DNA from: Hydrolagus colliei
Lineage: Eukaryota
Assembly: GCA_035084275.1 (NCBI GenBank)
Contig: CM068749.1
Span: 11,966,001 to 12,030,000, forward strand
Direction of reading: 5' to 3'
DNA length: 64,000 nucleotides
A program made the position numbers and the translations under genes. The first letter of the stretch is position 1. Each line of letters starts with the position of its first letter. Positions 63,071 through 64,000 of the stretch are shown here, in pieces. The notes beneath the pieces are model-generated. The model made no database searches, was not told the origin of the DNA, and saw only the letters and a list, made by a program, of their open reading frames with translations.

Positions 63071-64000
63071 GCTTTAAAAATGCAATTTTGTTGTTGCCAT
63101 GGCTTAGCTTTGTCTGTGTTCTTTATTTTGCTCCCACCGCTTGGCCTCATGCATGCTCTGTGACGCAGAGTGCCACTGACAGCCAGTGTAACCATCAGAT
63201 GTAATGCAGCGGGTACATACATATGTAGATGCTCTGTGATGCACAATGCCACAGGCCCACTTTGACTTCAGGGCTACCAGGTGTAACAACAACAAAAAAT
63301 AAAAACTGAAAATAACTCATGAATGATGGGAGAAACTGGAAAACAAGTTTGCCCATGTCACTCCTGGATATAAATCAGGTAGGTACATCAATCGGTTATT
63401 GACATCCTTCTTGAAGTGCAGACAGACATTGTCGTTTTATTAATAACTTAGAAGAAGATACAAGTCTGAACTACACAAGTAAATATAGAATACTGGGAAA
63501 CAACAAATTCGTTGACAATATAAAATAGTAGTTTAGTGACAAAGAAAAGTTTTGCAGGAATGTATTGGTGACAAGGGACACACTTCACTGTCTCCATCAA
63601 TAAAGCTTTCTAAAATAGAATTTGAAACAACGGATTTGCATTTTATTTCTCTGATGTTGGAGGAATACTCTGATCCCAGCACCTTGGGACATCCTCTTGA
63701 TGTTGTTGTTTTATGATTGGAGATCCATGAATCTATTCTGAATTAGGACAGAATCTATTCTGTCTGTGTCAGAATTAGTAAGGCACCTCATGCGTAGTTG
63801 CACTAATAATGAGTGGGTGTGACCTAACCCTGTATGTGTCCTTTCAAAAATCTACTTTACAGGGACTGAAATGTCAATGCTTTGACAATAATCCTTGCAG
63901 TGGAACAGCGCCTTTTATATAGGAAGATGTCTACAAGCTTTTTACTGGATTTACTGTAAAGTGCAGTGACCATATTTGTAGGAAAACATAGCAGCTTGTT

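Overview
AT-rich vertebrate genomic DNA. The repeat content (L2 LINEs with (TTG)n tails, Deu-domain tRNA-SINEs, shark-type CR1 and Penelope elements) suggests a cartilaginous fish, probably a chimaera; this is inference. The window lies inside KCNT2 (Slick/Slo2.1, Na+-activated K+ channel) on the minus strand. Eight consecutive coding exons (1111 nt, about 370 codons, RCK2 and distal C-terminus) splice in frame with canonical GT-AG sites: 62320-62492, 56152-56223, 53723-53857, 52350-52461, 48183-48284, 43590-43673, 33029-33157 and 16077-16380. The upstream exons and the last two exons were not found and are presumably outside the window. The introns hold three related hAT elements with 8-bp TSDs (one keeps an intact BED zinc-finger ORF), two pogo/Tigger-like MITEs, Penelope-like elements with degenerate hammerhead ribozymes, and many L2, CR1 and SINE copies, several of them nested or inverted. 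I cannot demonstrate a wholly new biological system. The best leads are candidate unannotated KCNT2 cassette or micro-exons, substitutions in KCNT2 regulatory motifs, the hAT deletion series, and the palindromic hammerhead-bearing Penelope derivatives.
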